The notes beneath the pieces are model-generated. The model saw nothing but the letters and a program-made list of their open reading frames with translations. It had not been told where the DNA came from and searched no databases. A program made the translations under genes and the position numbers. A DNA stretch of 64,000 nt from Callorhinchus milii (lineage: Eukaryota). Shown here one piece after another: positions 13,501 to 27,361 of this stretch (positions are counted from its first letter, which is position 1; every line of letters begins with the position of its first letter). The DNA is taken from contig NW_024704742.1 in NCBI RefSeq assembly GCF_018977255.1, positions 11,968,001-12,032,000 on the forward strand. Reading direction: 5' to 3'.

Positions 13501-14189
13501 TCTTTAGACAAATGGGGGTGTTCATGAGCAAGGCAAAATATACTCTTTTTGCCCCATGTTTGTTGTTCTGTCATATATTTAGCTGCTTCAAAATTTGAAT
13601 TACAAATGTACAATGAAGCTAAATCCTAAAGAAAATTGAATTACGTTAATGACGTTAAGTGTATGTAGAAAAATTAGGTCTTCTGCCATCAGATTACAAT
13701 TATAAATCCATTTTACAGAGCATCTGAGGCAGTCTAGAGTGATAGGTTTTCCATTATTTCTGAAAGCAGAATCACAGTCATTTTACCACTGGTTTTCCGC
13801 CTCTAAATACTACTCAGTTTTTTTTATGAACTTTGAAAAATGCAATTTTACCATATCTGCATTCCTAAATTTCCACATATGGCTAGTGACTAACATACTG
13901 GACAACCCTATATTAGACAAACTAAATACAATGGAATTGTGTTATGACACTCTTCATTGGAAGGCAGGTTTACTTATTCCAGGATTTGGACCCTGATATT
14001 AACCTACTCAAAATATCCAAATGTTCACCTGCTCCATCGCCACTTTATCATACATGTGCAGAAAGACTTAACTGGCTGATGAGGAGAAGCCAAAATGGCT
14101 GACTTCTGGATCACAAGGTTCCTGCTAACACAATTTGCTCATCACTGGGCATGTACATCAGGCAAAACAGGATTGGTTTGGCTGAAAAG

Positions 14190-14590
14190 GGTCCTTTGGC
14201 CCATTTAATCTCCTTTCAGAATTCCCACCGTACCATCTTTCCTTCACAGCATCAAGATGATTTTGAAATGGATCCAGTGTCCTGCCCCAACCATCATTCT
14301 TGGCAACCTGTTCCAGACATTAGTTAGCCTATGGGAAAAAGAAATACCACTTGTTATCTGTTCTGAAAATTGTCCTTTGCAATTATAGATCTGTGTCCTC
14401 TTGTTCTACTGTCTTGGTGCATCATAAATCATTGCTCAGGTTCACTTTTTCAATCTCATTTACAATGTCTGAAACCTCCATAAGGTCCCCTCTGAGATGT
14501 CTCCTTTCAAAACTGAGGAGCCCTTGCTTATCTAATCGTTACTCATAGCTACATTTCTCTAACATTGGCAATCATTCGTGTTGCCCTCTT
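14190..14590 (-). mobile_element. CR1 3' relic
   Basis: TAAGGTCCCCTCTGAGATGTCTCCTTTCAAAACTGAGGAG encodes an FSFERRHLRGDL-like motif on the minus strand. Confidence 0.6.
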
Positions 14591-14812
14591 GATAACCTGG
14601 TGATCTGCAATTCTAGCATTTTGGCATCCACCCACCAGGCAGTGTTTTGCCTTTTTTGCAGACATGCACAATGAATGCAGAAGTACTGATTGGGATTTTA
14701 TGCTGTGTTGTTAAATGTAATGTACTGTTTTATGCAGAGGAGCGAATAGGACTAAAGAAAAAATAGTTAGACTAGGCCCAGTGGCAAAATACTGTAGGTA
14801 TAGAACTAATAA

Positions 14813-15140
14813 AATAATAATAATAATAATAATCCTTGCATTTGATATAGTGCTTTTCACGTCGGGAGAACGTCCCAAAGCGCTTCACAGAACACACTGT
14901 AAAGTGAATTGACTGTATATTTGTGGGCGAACACGGCAGCCAGTTGCGCACAGCAATGTCCCACAAACAGTCATATGGATTGAAAATGACCAATTTATTA
15001 TTGTTTTGTTTTTTTGGAGGAATTATTATTAGGCGTCTGGAGGAAGGAAACTTGTCGAAGGTTTTGCCCTCTACCTGGAATTGAACTCAGGTCTCTCACT
15101 TGCAAAGCGAGTTCTTTAACCACTGAGCTACAGGATTCCA
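14813..15140 (-). mobile_element. Young SINE, short variant
   Basis: Near-identical reverse complement of 2347-2662. Confidence 0.92.
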
Positions 15141-16713
15141 TGAATGCATTTACAGTGACCAGAATGGAAATTTGCCACAAGTCCCTTAAGTAACTAACTG
15201 AAAATACTCAATTTTTGGGGTAACTGTAATCTTGACAAGTATAGATTGCAAATAGGACCAGGTGAAGTATCAATTTTCCACAGAGAACTGGACTTTCATA
15301 GGGACTGACATTCACATGAACTTTCAAATGAGATACAATTTTATAAACATTAATTTCATTGGGAGTTATTGGGAGATAAAGATGATGACAAAAGGCAGAG
15401 CAGACAATTGGTAACAAATGTTGATTAAATAGTTCTTAATGACATTTCAAAAAGAGTGTAAATAAGTTTAAAGCACACTTAATGTGCCAATGACAAAAGA
15501 AACATTGAGCTCTGAAGGTTCTCAATTATGTTACAAGAATTGGGTTTTACAATGAATATATGAATATTTAATCATTTTGTTTTTTCTTAAATGCGGGAGT
15601 GAATTATTCAAATAGCTTTCAAAATTAAATGATGCCAAGCAAGAAACCCACAAATTAGAATTCATTTACCTATCATTTCCCAATCAAAACAAGAGAAGCT
15701 GAGAAGATTAGAAGCAAATTGATTTTACAGATAGAGATGTGGAAGACAGGATTGACAGCTGGGGTACCTGAAAAGTGGTGCTAAACTTAATGCCGCTCCT
15801 CCATAGTAGTCAGAGAGAGAGTGATCATATTTCGCCCACAAAATATACGGTCAATTCAGTTTACAGTATATTGTGTGAAGTGCTTTGAAACGTCTCTTTT
15901 TGCCCTGACAGGAATCGAACCCAGGTCTCTCACTTGTGAGGCAAGTGCTCTAACCACTGAACTCCAGGACTCCATTAATAATGTATTTCAATGAGTAGGA
16001 GCAATTGTAATGAGAGAAAGGGGATATACTTGAGTCCATTTGATTGTTAGTCAGGAACAGAACACAACATTTACATCAAATTTAAACAGACTTGAAAACA
16101 AAAATGTTTACTGGCACACAGTAAGGCGTCATCACTATGCAGGTGGCTCTGATAGAACACATTCCCACTCTTGTACACCCATTTTCTCCAGGCTCAATTC
16201 TACATGCGGTTAATGAAATGAGATGCAAATAAATGCTTGTGTTCCTCACAGTGCCTTCACATTACAGTGTTACTTTATGACAAAATATATATGTTTCTAA
16301 ACCTGATATCACTGTCAAATCTATGTCTTCCAGCCCAAACCCAGGTCTTCTTTTGGTTAGCCGTGTGTTTGACATTTGCGGAAACCAATCAACATGCTTA
16401 AGAGTATTTAAATCAGACTGAGAATTCCATGTATGCTACTTAACACATGGAAATTCACAGGTCTTGAATGAATACACACTCTCTAAAGCCAAGCGTTAGT
16501 GACTCCAATGTGTTGCATTATTGCTGGAGTTCACCCAGCTAAAAATGTATAACTTGCCATTGAACATACTTACTCCTGGAAGAATCCTCCAAGTCCTGCT
16601 GAGAATCCGGGTTTATCTGTCAACTCAAGACTTAGATCACCATTTTTAGAGATGGACATAAGAATATCATTTTTCTCAGAATTTAGGGCTTTTAAAATTA
16701 GGATAATTCAAAC

Positions 16714-17080
16714 AATAATAAATAATCTTTCATTTGATGTAGCACCTTATATTTTTGAGGCATCTCAAAGCGTCACAATATACTGTAAAGTGAATTGACT
16801 GTATATTATGGGGCAAAACCTGGCAGCCGATTGAGCACAGCAGTGTCCCACAAACAGTCATGGATTGAGTGACCAAATTATTATTATTTTCTTTAAGGAA
16901 TTTTTTATCCTGGAAAGCAATCTGCCAATTGACTAACAACTGGGTTCTTACTTACTGCTAGGTAAACAGAGGCATGTGGAGTAAGGAAACTTGCCTAAGG
17001 TTTCTCTCTGCCTGGGAATTGAACTTGGGTCCTCTGGCTTGCGAGGCGAGCATGCTCAGCACTATATTGCAGGATTCCAC
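16714..17080 (-). mobile_element. SINE, older long variant
   Basis: Same head and tail as the short variant, plus the extra block CTGTTTACCTAGCAGTAAGTA...GTTGTTAGTC...GCTTTCCAGGA. Confidence 0.88.
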
Positions 17081-18597
17081 TGTAATAAAAATTACAGTGT
17101 GCGAGAAAGCCAATCAAACTACTGACCCTAAATTTCTGCTAGCTGGAACTAACCAGTTTTATCCCAATTCCCTACTCTTTTCTTCCTTGTGTGATAATCA
17201 TTAGAAAAGCTGGTCTGCGAGTCTGTGTATTAGCAACAGATTATGAGGAAGAATTAAAATCAAATTAAACAATTGAGAATGTGCTCCAACACCCCAGTGC
17301 TCAAAGCTGTCGGGATTTAGACCCATTCGCCATTTACATTACCATCAATGTGAAATCCCCATCCTGAACTGTTTGTGATTAAGATTCCCCCACAAGACTG
17401 CCAGGAATCGGATCCCCTGCAATCCATCAGCAGATAATTTCTTATCTCTTTCATGTGATAAGAAAACATAAAACATAACTGAGTTGCTGTGGCTGATCTG
17501 GCAGCTCTTTGGTTTACAGCACAGGAATGAGGAACCTTGCGACAGATTAGACACCATGGCAACAGATGGGAAGTGAGCACAATTTTTGGTCCCTGGTCAC
17601 ATGATTCCTGCCTTCTCCCCATAAATGGACAGGCACAGTGGAGCCCAGGCTTCAAGATAAACTAATCTTCACAATGTCACAAATTGGGCCAATTTGGATG
17701 AGTTCAGAAACTGCTTTGATGCTCACCACTCCCCAAAATACCATGTAATGGAATTAAAGTCTGAGTATTGTACCCAGTCCCTGAAACAAAAATATTCCCT
17801 TCTCCAATACTGTTATTTCCGTTATTTGCAAGGACTGCTTGCAATTACTGTGTAAACAAGGCAATGGCCTTTAAGGGGTCACCCTTCAGCAATTTCAGTA
17901 ATGAAAACCATACAGAGCTTCCACTCTATTAAAGTAGCCAGGCTGCCTCACAACATGAACAAAATATCAAATTTAGATTCTTACTTAAGAATAATGGCTT
18001 GTATTTTCTAACAGATCATGTTCAATCGCAACTAATTGGCTCTCTTGGGAATACCTTATTAGCAAAGTGAGCCTGCTCCCCTTGTATGCTGCATTATGGG
18101 ACTCTTTCGTTCAGGTTTTGAAGCAGCCACTTAGAGCGGTAGCCTCACAGTCACGACATCATTTTGAAATCAAGCTCTTCTTAAAGAACTATGATTTTTT
18201 GGGGGGTCTATTTTTGAATATGTTCAACAAACTGTCAGCATGGACACTGATTTGGTAATTCCTACTTGCCCTTTCCCTCCAAACATTCAAAGCCAGCTTT
18301 AAGATTTGCATTTTGACCACTCTAATTTTCCCTCCTTCTCTGACAGAAATGTAAAGAGCTTTGAAACGTCTTCCTGACATGAAAGGCCCTATCTAAATTG
18401 TACTGTATTTGGTAAAGATTGTATTTGGCTGGGCCTAGGAGTAAGATGGGAGTAGTATTTGGGGTGCTCGAATTGCTCTAAGAGACCCAGGTTAGGGAGT
18501 AGAATATCAGCGAGAGTTTCTGATAATTATAGAGAAACCCTTTGATGGAAGGTGCCAGCACTTGATATAAGATGAAGAGAGGATTTATGGTGAGCAC

Positions 18598-18984
18598 TAT
18601 AATAATGATAATAACAGCCCTTGCATTTGATGTAGCAGTAGATTGATTGTGTATTTTGTGTGCCAGTAATGTCCCACAAACAGCCATGGAGTGAGTGACC
18701 AATTTTATTTTACACGATTGTTGGCCAGGTCAGTGGGAGTAAGTCTCTTCTCTTTTCAAGTATTAGCATAGGATCTTCAGCATCGACTTGAAGAGGCAGA
18801 TGGGACTTCGGTTTAAATTCCTCATCCGAAGAATGGCACCTCTGACAATGCAACACCCCCCCACCCCGCCTAGCACTGTATTGGAGTGTCAGCTTAGACA
18901 ATGTGAATCCAATTCCCAATGTGGGGCTTGAACCCACAACCTTCTGACTCAGAGGCGAGAGTGCTACCACTGCGCCAGGCTGAC
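18598..18984 (-). mobile_element. SacSINE1-like DeuSINE (best-preserved copy)
   Basis: The minus strand reads GGTAGCACTCTCGCCTCTGAGTCAGAAGGTTGTGGGTTCAAG...GCTGACACTCCA...TGTCAGAGGTGCC...CGGATGAG...TAAACCGA...GATCC...GCTGTTTGTGGGA. This matches the recalled shark DeuSINE architecture. Confidence 0.75.
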
Positions 18985-20084
18985 ACAAGTTGTATATACT
19001 GTCGAGACTTGTAGGTGAAAAATACTCACTGGGGCAAGATATTGGAGGCTGACGATTGAACCTCATCTCAATTGAAGGATACTGTCAGCAGGGTGGGGTG
19101 AGATTTTTTAAAAATTAGTTAAAGAAAATTACAGATTCCACTAAAACCTGTGTATCGTGACATAGTGATATTGCAAAACAACTGCAATAGAGCCCATCTG
19201 GTTGCAGATGATTTGTAAGCCTGCTAATAAAGATTGCACACTTTAAAATCTATTTGTTGGAAGATCTGGCTTTGTCAACGAATGCAAGATACTGTCCCTG
19301 CAGTGATTTGTTTTTGTAAATTTTTCCCAATTGGGCTACTGAAGTCCCACTAGTCTCTCGTGAATCCTGCAGCTGCTCCTCTCACTGATCATGCCAGCCT
19401 GGGTAGCCTTCTGACAGACTGTGTGAAGAAAACAAATCCAGTGGAGGTGTTGTGCTTCAACATTTTTTTAATCGTTTTAGAGATTGCCAGGAATGAGGCG
19501 AAAAATATTGACCTTCCATTTTCCAATTTAAAATTTCATACTGCAGCATTGTCTTCACCGTGGAACAATCCCCATCACAAGAACGTTTATTTCCTCCTGG
19601 CACAGTAAACTTGCTCCAATGTAACATTTATTTTTAATTGGAGACTCTAAAATAAATATTATTCTCCTTGTCTGCTGATCCCAAATAAGATTATGAATTC
19701 TGTGGCTGCAGCCTCCTGCAATGTGGTCCTCCTTTTCAACGAGGCTGTAGGTAATGTTATAATAGTCCTTGCATTTGATAAAATAGAAAATTACATTCAT
19801 AAAGTCTGCCCCCTCCTCCTCCTTCCTTTGGTCATTGCTCGTCAACCATAAATTAGTGTCCCCCCGCCCCATTTCCATTCCCAATTTCACCACTGTCGTA
19901 ATCTCTTGTGAAATATTTGTACAAGCAAATGCTTCAGAATTTTTTTTATATATACTTGTTGCCAACATGGATCCTAGAAGCAGTGGCTCTGGTGAATAGT
20001 ATAATTGTGGCTCAAGTCCAGGCTCAATGATAACAAGAGCTGGGGTATCCTGCTTGTTGGGCTTTCCAACTCTTCCCTCCACAA

Positions 20085-20575
20085 GCTACAGATCTGCAGC
20101 TTGTGTCCTCTCCCACACCAGGCACCGTGACCCTATCACCCCCACCCTCGCCCGGCTCCACTGGCTCCCCATTCTCCAGAGATAGAATTCAACATCTTTA
20201 TCCTCGCCTTCAAGACCCTCCACGGCCTTGCCCCTTTCTACCTCTGTGACCCTCTAAACCCTCTGTCCGCTCCTTATGCTCAGCAGTCTCCAGTCTGCTC
20301 CAGGTCCCACGCCTGGCTGGCTCCACCATCTGCGGTCGGGCTTCAGCCTCTCTGCCCCCAAACTTTGGAACTCCATCCCACATTCCCTTCGCCTTCCTTG
20401 CCTCCTTCAAGACATGTCTCAAGACCCTCCTCTTTGACTGGGCCTTTGGCCACCCTGCTACCCTCCATGCCCTTCACCCTCTCTGATTCCATCCACCCCT
20501 TCTGCTCAGGTCCAAATCGTTGACTGTCCAGCACCTTGGGACGTCCACCCGACGTATGTAATTTTATATCGTATT
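20085..20575 (+). mobile_element. L2 3' fragment
   Basis: CTCGCCCGGCTCCACTGGCTCCCC (LARLHWLP) and CCTTCAAGACATGTCTCAAGACCCTCCTCTTTGAC. Confidence 0.85.
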
Positions 20576-20849
20576 TTACAGCAGCTGCCTTTGATGCATG
20601 CGTGCTGTGAAGTGACGACCCAGCTCCTTCTCTCGCTCTCGTTTTGAAACTGGCAGTTTAGATAAAAGAAATGTAGATCGTTAATCTTTGCATTTTACAA
20701 CGTAAACAATGTAACCTATCAAAATATTGTCAGATAATCTCATTACTAGTACCTAGAAATCCCAACACAATTGAAAACGTGCTGACAACCCATCCAAAGA
20801 GTGACATAGATGTCTAGAAACTGCTGACCAGTGTATGCAATCTGCTATC

Positions 20850-21080
20850 TTCTCTTTGACCGTGCCTTCAGCTCCCCTCTCGACTTTCTTCCTCCTCCTC
20901 GCTCCCTCCCTTCCCTCCCCTCACCCTGACCATTTCCCCCCTCCTCTCTCCCTCCCTTCCCTCCCCTCACCCTGACCATTTCCCCCCTGCTCGGGTCATG
21001 ACCCAACTGTGCAGCGCCTTGGGACGTCCTCCTGACGTGAAAGGCGCTCTATAAATGGAATCTTGTTGTTGTTGTTGTTG
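20850..21080 (+). mobile_element. L2 3' UTR/tail with internal ~50-bp tandem duplication
   Basis: Matches the reverse complement of 30315-30500. CTCCCTCCCTTCCCTCCCCTCACCCTGACCATTTCCCCCCT occurs twice. Confidence 0.88.
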
Positions 21081-21215
21081 TATATTTAACCATCATTAAA
21101 AATAGATTAAATTGAAAATAAGCGAAATAATCAGAAAGATGTGTTATGTACAAAGTAACTGATAGTGGGAATGTGTTTCAATAAAACAGTTATGCAAGGG
21201 CTTTGACATGAATTT

Positions 21216-21546
21216 GTGAAGTCCTGTAGCTCAGTGGTTAGAGAACTCGCTTTGCAAGTGAGAGACCTGAGTTCAATTCCAGGCAGCGGGCGAAACCTTG
21301 GGCAAGTTTCCTTACTCCACACAGAGCCTAATAATAATCCCTCCAAAACAAAACAATAATAAATTGGTCATTTTCAATCTACGACTGTTTGTGGGACATT
21401 GCTGTGCGCAATTGGCGGCCCCGTTCGCCCACAAATATACAGTCAATTCACTTTACAGTGTGTTCTGTGAAGCGCTTTGGGGCGTCCTCCCGACGTGAAA
21501 AGCGCTATATCAAATGCAAGGATTATTATTATCATTATTATTATTA
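21216..21546 (+). mobile_element. Young SINE, short variant
   Basis: Near-identical to 2347-2662. Followed tail-to-tail by a truncated minus-strand copy at ~21615-21820. Confidence 0.92.
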
Positions 21547-23619
21547 GTTCATTATCTGCAGTATAAGTGTAGATTTACAGCACCAACTGCGGATTGATCT
21601 GATTTAAAAACAGATAATAATAATCCTTGCATTTGATATAGTGTCTTATCATGTCTTCGAGATGTCTCAAAGCACTTCACAGAATATACTGTCAAGTGAA
21701 TTGACTGTATGTTTTCTGGGCGAATCATGTCAGCCAATTGCACACAGCAGTGTCCCACAAACAGTTGTGGTTTGAGTGACCAAATTCTTTTTTTTTTAAT
21801 TATTTTGAAGGAATTATTACCACCAATAACTAATCATTAGCTGGTGTGGAATAAACCTTTTGAACTTGAAATTTAAGGTTCCCAGCTGGCCTGCTTGACT
21901 GCCTAGTTGTGTGCAACTCTTCACTGGCATTTAGGTTGAATATTTAATGCAATCACTTTGTAACTGGCATATTGGATAACTTGACCAGCATTTAAGCATT
22001 AACTAGTGAAGCACTGAGCATTTGAGTCAATGCTCATAGAAAGAGATCTGCTTCAGTACAGAATAATGTGCAGCTGCCAGTGTAAACAGAACTTTGTTAG
22101 GCATAGGTACAAATTGGCTGTCACTTTCACCCACAAAACACCTAGTCACTGCATTTTATTGTATACCCTGTGAAGCACTTTGAAATACCCTCCCAATCTG
22201 AAAGACACTATACTAGATATAAAGATTATTATTAGTAGTAGTAGTGTCAATTATTTATTTTCCATGTAACTGGATCATGTCATAAATGAAATATCTAGAT
22301 TATGTCATTTGGATAAATATTTGAAGAGAAACAAAACAAAACTCATATGGAGAAAAGCAGGGAATTGGGAGGAGAGTACAAGGTCGCAGCTGAGGAGTTA
22401 ACATGAGCATCAGCTTCATGGGCTGCATTGCTGCTTCTATGTGGTAATTTCTGTGATTCATTTTTATTCTTGTATATAATGATTTGGACTCATTGTTATA
22501 GAAATTTGATATTATGTACACTTGATGTGTATTTAAAGAATGAAATACCACATACTTTCTCTGTAAGGACAGCTTAAAATGTGTCAAACCTGAGACAAGA
22601 GCATTTATGCTACAATAGCTGTAATCTGAAATTCATTTTTCTAATCTCTGAATCTAGTAATAAGAACATAAGAATTGCTGGACAAAAGAAGTCCAAGGTC
22701 CATCCAGTTTGCCTTCCACCATCTTGGCAGTAGCTTTCAGATGTTATGTCCCAAACTATATGAGATATCCCAATAATAATGATATTTTTTGCATTTGATG
22801 TAGTGCCTTATCATGTTTTTGAGACATCTCAAAGCGCTTCACAGAATATACTGTAAAGTGAATTGACTGTATATTTTGTGGGTGAAATGTGGCAGCCAAT
22901 TGCACACAGCAGCATACCACAAACAGTTGTGGATTGAGTGACCAAATTATTTTTATGCTGCAAAATGAAAATGATAAAATAAAAATATTAAAAACCCTAC
23001 TTTTTAATATGTTTATGTAGTATGAAGACCACACTATGATTAAGGCACATAACTATTGTGGATTTATTAATATATTAAAACATATTATTTTCTAAAAGAA
23101 ATGTATCTAATTTGCTTTTGAAATCTAAACATTGGACCTCTACACCGCACTGATCTTTCCATGTTGAAATGTAATGTGTCTCAGTCGTGAAACCAAATTT
23201 GGTCCATTCGTATTGTAAGAGAAATATGGCATCCAAGACAAGCTTCCCTTGACCCTGTTGATGCATGCTTCTCTGCATGCTATGTAAAGGTCTAAATACA
23301 TTCATGTATTCTCAGAAGAAATTAATTAATTATTGACCATCTTTCTAATTCTAACTTCAAAACCAGAACCCAAATACCCAAGTAAGGCAAATGAGGATAT
23401 TTTAGACTAGAGAAAAAGACAAAGCCCCAGTTTGTTCCAAGGAGAAAAAGAAGTGAGCTTGGGTAACCTGCCAAAGAAGTCTTTCGGTATATTAATTTTA
23501 CCATGTTTTCTAGTCCACTTTTCCTCATGTATTCCCAGCAATGAAATTTTAAAAAAATTGTGTTTTTATAGAGCTTGTCAGATGGAAACATCTGAAAGCA
23601 TTTCATAGGTAATTCCTGT

Positions 23620-24012
23620 TAAGTGTTTTTGTAGGCAAATATGGCAAGAATTTTGCACTGGCAAGATCCCTCAAACACCTATGAGGTGAATTAATTATTC
23701 CATAGAATCATTGACCTGGACTTGAAGAGACAGACACTATCTTGATTCAATGTCACATTAGAAGGGTGTTATCTCTGACAATGCAGCGGTCCCTTCATAC
23801 TGCATTGGAGTGCCAGCCTGGACCATGGCCTCAAAGTCCCAGTGTGAGACTTAAACACAATTTCTTTTCCATGCCTAACATCATATCCCACTCCTTCTCC
23901 CATTGATAAGGTCCAACCGCACAACTTTGCAGCACACTGAGACACTGTCCTGTGTAAATGCAAATTGTTTTTTCCATCTGGAGTTCGGAGTGCTACCAGC
24001 TGAGCCAGGCTT
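23620..24012 (-). mobile_element. Degraded DeuSINE with insertion
   Basis: TCTGACAATGCAGC...ACTGCATTGGAGTGCCAGCCT...GAGTGCTACCAGCTGAGCCAGGC. Confidence 0.55.
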
Positions 24013-24722
24013 ATGCCTGTTGCTCTTGGCATAATGAGGTTTATGTCTTTGTAAGATTGAAACTGGAATTTCAGCTCTGATATCGTGAAAACAAAACTTG
24101 TGAAAAAGTTTCAGGGCTCACATCAAAAACATGGAAACAAAGAAAGTTACAGCCCCTACCTAAGAAGGTCATTGTCTGCTACTCAAAGGCAAAAGACCAA
24201 AGCCCACATTACTTTATGCATCTTATTTTTTCTGCTCTCTTAATTTTTCCTCCCTATCTCTGGAGATATCTGTAGGTTGTGATCATCACCTTCCCTTGTG
24301 GAAAATCAGATATTGGGGAATACTACACGTGGGAAATCATGGCCTATTAATCTCTGTAGTCCCTTGACCAAGTGGCAACTATTCATACATAAGCCTTAAT
24401 GGTGAGTTTTCACAGAAGATGGGGACAGGAAAGGCCAAGGATGACAACACAGCCAAACTTTATCCTTGCGTATTATCCACATAGACAAGACACCTTCAGC
24501 AGCTGGGATCACTTAGTAGTCACCAGGAAACCAGACTGATGCTATGTTCCTTAACTGAAGGCACTGAATCCAATTGTAACTGACCAATTGCTGACCTGAC
24601 TGAGTTCAGCCAATTCAGTACTGTCTGGGGACAGTACTGTCTGGGGAGTCTGGATAAACTTTCTGATCCATTAGTGGAGCAATTGTAGTAGTCTTAATAG
24701 TTAATAATTTGGAAAGTTATTT

Positions 24723-26801
24723 GTGGATTCCTGTAGCTCAGTGGTTAGAGCACTTGCTTTGCAAGCGAGAGACCTGGGTTTGAATCCCGGCAGCGTGAAA
24801 CCTTGGGCAAGTTTCTTTACTCACACGCCTGATGATAATCACTCAAGAAAAAAAAAAAATTAGTCACTTCAATCCACGACTGTTTGTATCCCTGTTTGTG
24901 GGACTGTTTGTGGGTCACTGCTGTGCGTAATTGGCTGCTGCATTTCACCCACAAATATAGTCAATTCACTTTACAGTCTATTCTGTGAAGCGCTTTGAGA
25001 CATCTAGATTCATAGAATCATATAGCAAAGAAAGCAAAAAAAGTTGCTATTGAATCAGTTTCCACTACCCTTTCAGGTAATGCATTCCAGATCCGAACAA
25101 CTCACTGGTGAAAATAAATTTCCCAACCTCCCCTCTGTTTCTTTTAGCAACTAACTTAAATCTGTGTCCTCGGGTTACTGACCCACATGTCAGTGGAAAC
25201 AGTTTATCCCGGTTCAACCTATCAAATCCTCTCATGATCTTGAAAACCTCTATTGAATCTTAAAACCTCTTAATCTTCTCTGCTGTAGGGAGAATAATCC
25301 TAGTTTCGCCAACCTCTCCTCATAACTAAGGTCCTTCATCCCTGGTACCATCCTGGTAAACCTCCTTTGCACCCTCTCCAATGCCCTAACATCTTTCCTA
25401 AAGTGCGGTGCCCAGAACTGAGCGCAGTACTCCTACTGAGGCCTAACCAGCATTTTATAAATATTCAACATAACCTCCTGACTTGTATTCTATGCCCCTA
25501 TTTATAAAACCTAGCATTCCCGTATGCTTTTTTAACAGCTTTATCTACCTGTCCTGCCACCTTCAGAGATTTGTTTATGTGGACCCCCAGGTCTCTCTGC
25601 TCATTTACACCCCCTTTAAGATTGTACCATCAGCTTATACTGCCTCTCCTCATTCTTCCTACCAAATGTCTCCACATTAAACCTCATCTGCCACGTTTCT
25701 GCCCATTTTACCAATCTGTCTAAGTCCTCTTGGAGTCTGATGTTATCCTCCTCACCATTAACTACTTTTCCTAGCTTAGTATCATCTGCAAATTTGGAAA
25801 TTGTGCTCTCTATATCCAGGTTCACGTCATTAATATAGATCAGAAAGAGCAGTGGTCCCAATACCGACCCCCAGGGACACCGCTACACACCTCTCTCCAT
25901 TCAGGAAAGCAACCGTTTACTACCACTCTCTGCTTTCTGTCTCCTAACCAGTTCTGGATCTATGTTGCCACAGTCCCTTTAATACCATGGGCTTCTATTT
26001 TGGTTATAGGTGTCTTATCAAATGCCTTTTGAAAATCTAGATAAATTATATCTACTGCACTACCTTCATCCACCCTCTCAGTCACCACTTCATCAAAAAA
26101 TTCTATTAATTTTGTCAGACATGATCTGCCTTTAACAAATCCATGTTGACTGTCCTTTATTAAACCATATGTTTCTAAGTGAAATTTTTTATTGTCCCGG
26201 TTTATAGTCTCCAGAAGTTTCCCTACTACTGATGTGAGGCTGATTGGCCTGTAGCTCTCAGGTTTATCCTTCTGCTCCTTTTTGTACAGGGGAGTTACAT
26301 TTGCAATCTGAAGAGGATTGAAAGATTGTGGCCAGAGCCTCCGCTATTTCCACCCTTGCTTCCCTCAGTAACCTAGGATGCATCCCGTCCAGACCAGGTG
26401 ATTTATCTATGATTTATCTATGTTGAGCACCAACAGCCTTTTTATACCTCCTCTCTGTTGAGAGAAGGCCTGCGATATTGTGGCATTATTTGCATCGTCT
26501 TCTTTTGTGAAAACAGTTGCAAAGTACTTATTTAGTACATCAGCCAATGCCCTCTGCCTCCACAAGAAGATTGCCACTTGGGTCCCTAATTGGACCCACC
26601 TTTGACTAACCTTTTACTCTTGATAAGCTTATAAAATACCTTAGGTTTCCCTTTTATGTTTCCTGCTAATCTTTTCTCGTACTAATCTCTTCGCCCCTCT
26701 TATTTCCCTTTTCACTTTTCCTCTGTACTTCCTATATTCTATTTCATTGTCCTGTAGAAAACGTGAAAAGTGCTATATCAAATGCAAGGATTATTATTAT
26801 T
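24723..26801 (+). mobile_element. SINE split by a CR1 insertion (head/body 24723-25008, tail 26755-26801)
   Basis: The SINE stops at GAGACATCTAGA and resumes TAGAAAACGTGAAAAGTGCTATATCAAATGCAAGG. TAGA is duplicated (25005-25008 / 26755-26758). Confidence 0.85.
25009..26754 (-). mobile_element. CR1-clade LINE, degraded, with RT fragment and 3' end
   Basis: ORF 25616-25861 reads GPLLFLIYINDV...ISKFADDTKLGKVV...LQEDLDRLVKWAETWQMRFNV. CR1-type tail CATAGAATCATA on the plus strand. Confidence 0.92.
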
Positions 26802-27361
26802 GTAATATTTTAATTAAGCCTGTTCCTTTTGCAAAACACAACTTATTTGCCCACATTCCACTGGAGAGCATTGTGATTGCCCTTGCAATATTTTTACATC
26901 AATTAGTAAAATAAGGCACTGGGATCTCTTTTCGTTGAGCCTTGGCCAGCCTCCATACTGCCTCTTTGGCAGGAATGTACAAGGGCAAATGTGGCAATGA
27001 ACCAGTCATGCCTATCCCTGCTGTCTATGCTGCCTGGAAAACAAGGCCAGGCCACAGGTGAATGAGAATTTACATTCACATTTTGTCAGGCTGCCCTGGT
27101 CACATAGCCCTGAAAATAGCAACCCTGGTAGAATAGTAGTGGTCACGTTCATAGGTTCAGTTTGGGCACAGCTTGTGTCTGAGGATTCTGCTTGTTTTTG
27201 AAGCAAATTTACAAGGATCGGTTCTCAATTCCAGTGCCCATCTTCTAAGCAACTGTGCTGCTAACTTGGTTTGCGATTGGTTTGCATAGTATTAAATAGC
27301 AAGTCTGGGCTTGGAAGCAGACACAAAATATGTATTTTTTTCTCTCTCAACATTGTACTGT

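Noticed and set aside
24250..24690. Possible ancient SINE-like relic (similar texture at ~7650-7920 and ~14020-14185)
   Set aside because: Too degraded to assign a family or boundaries by eye.
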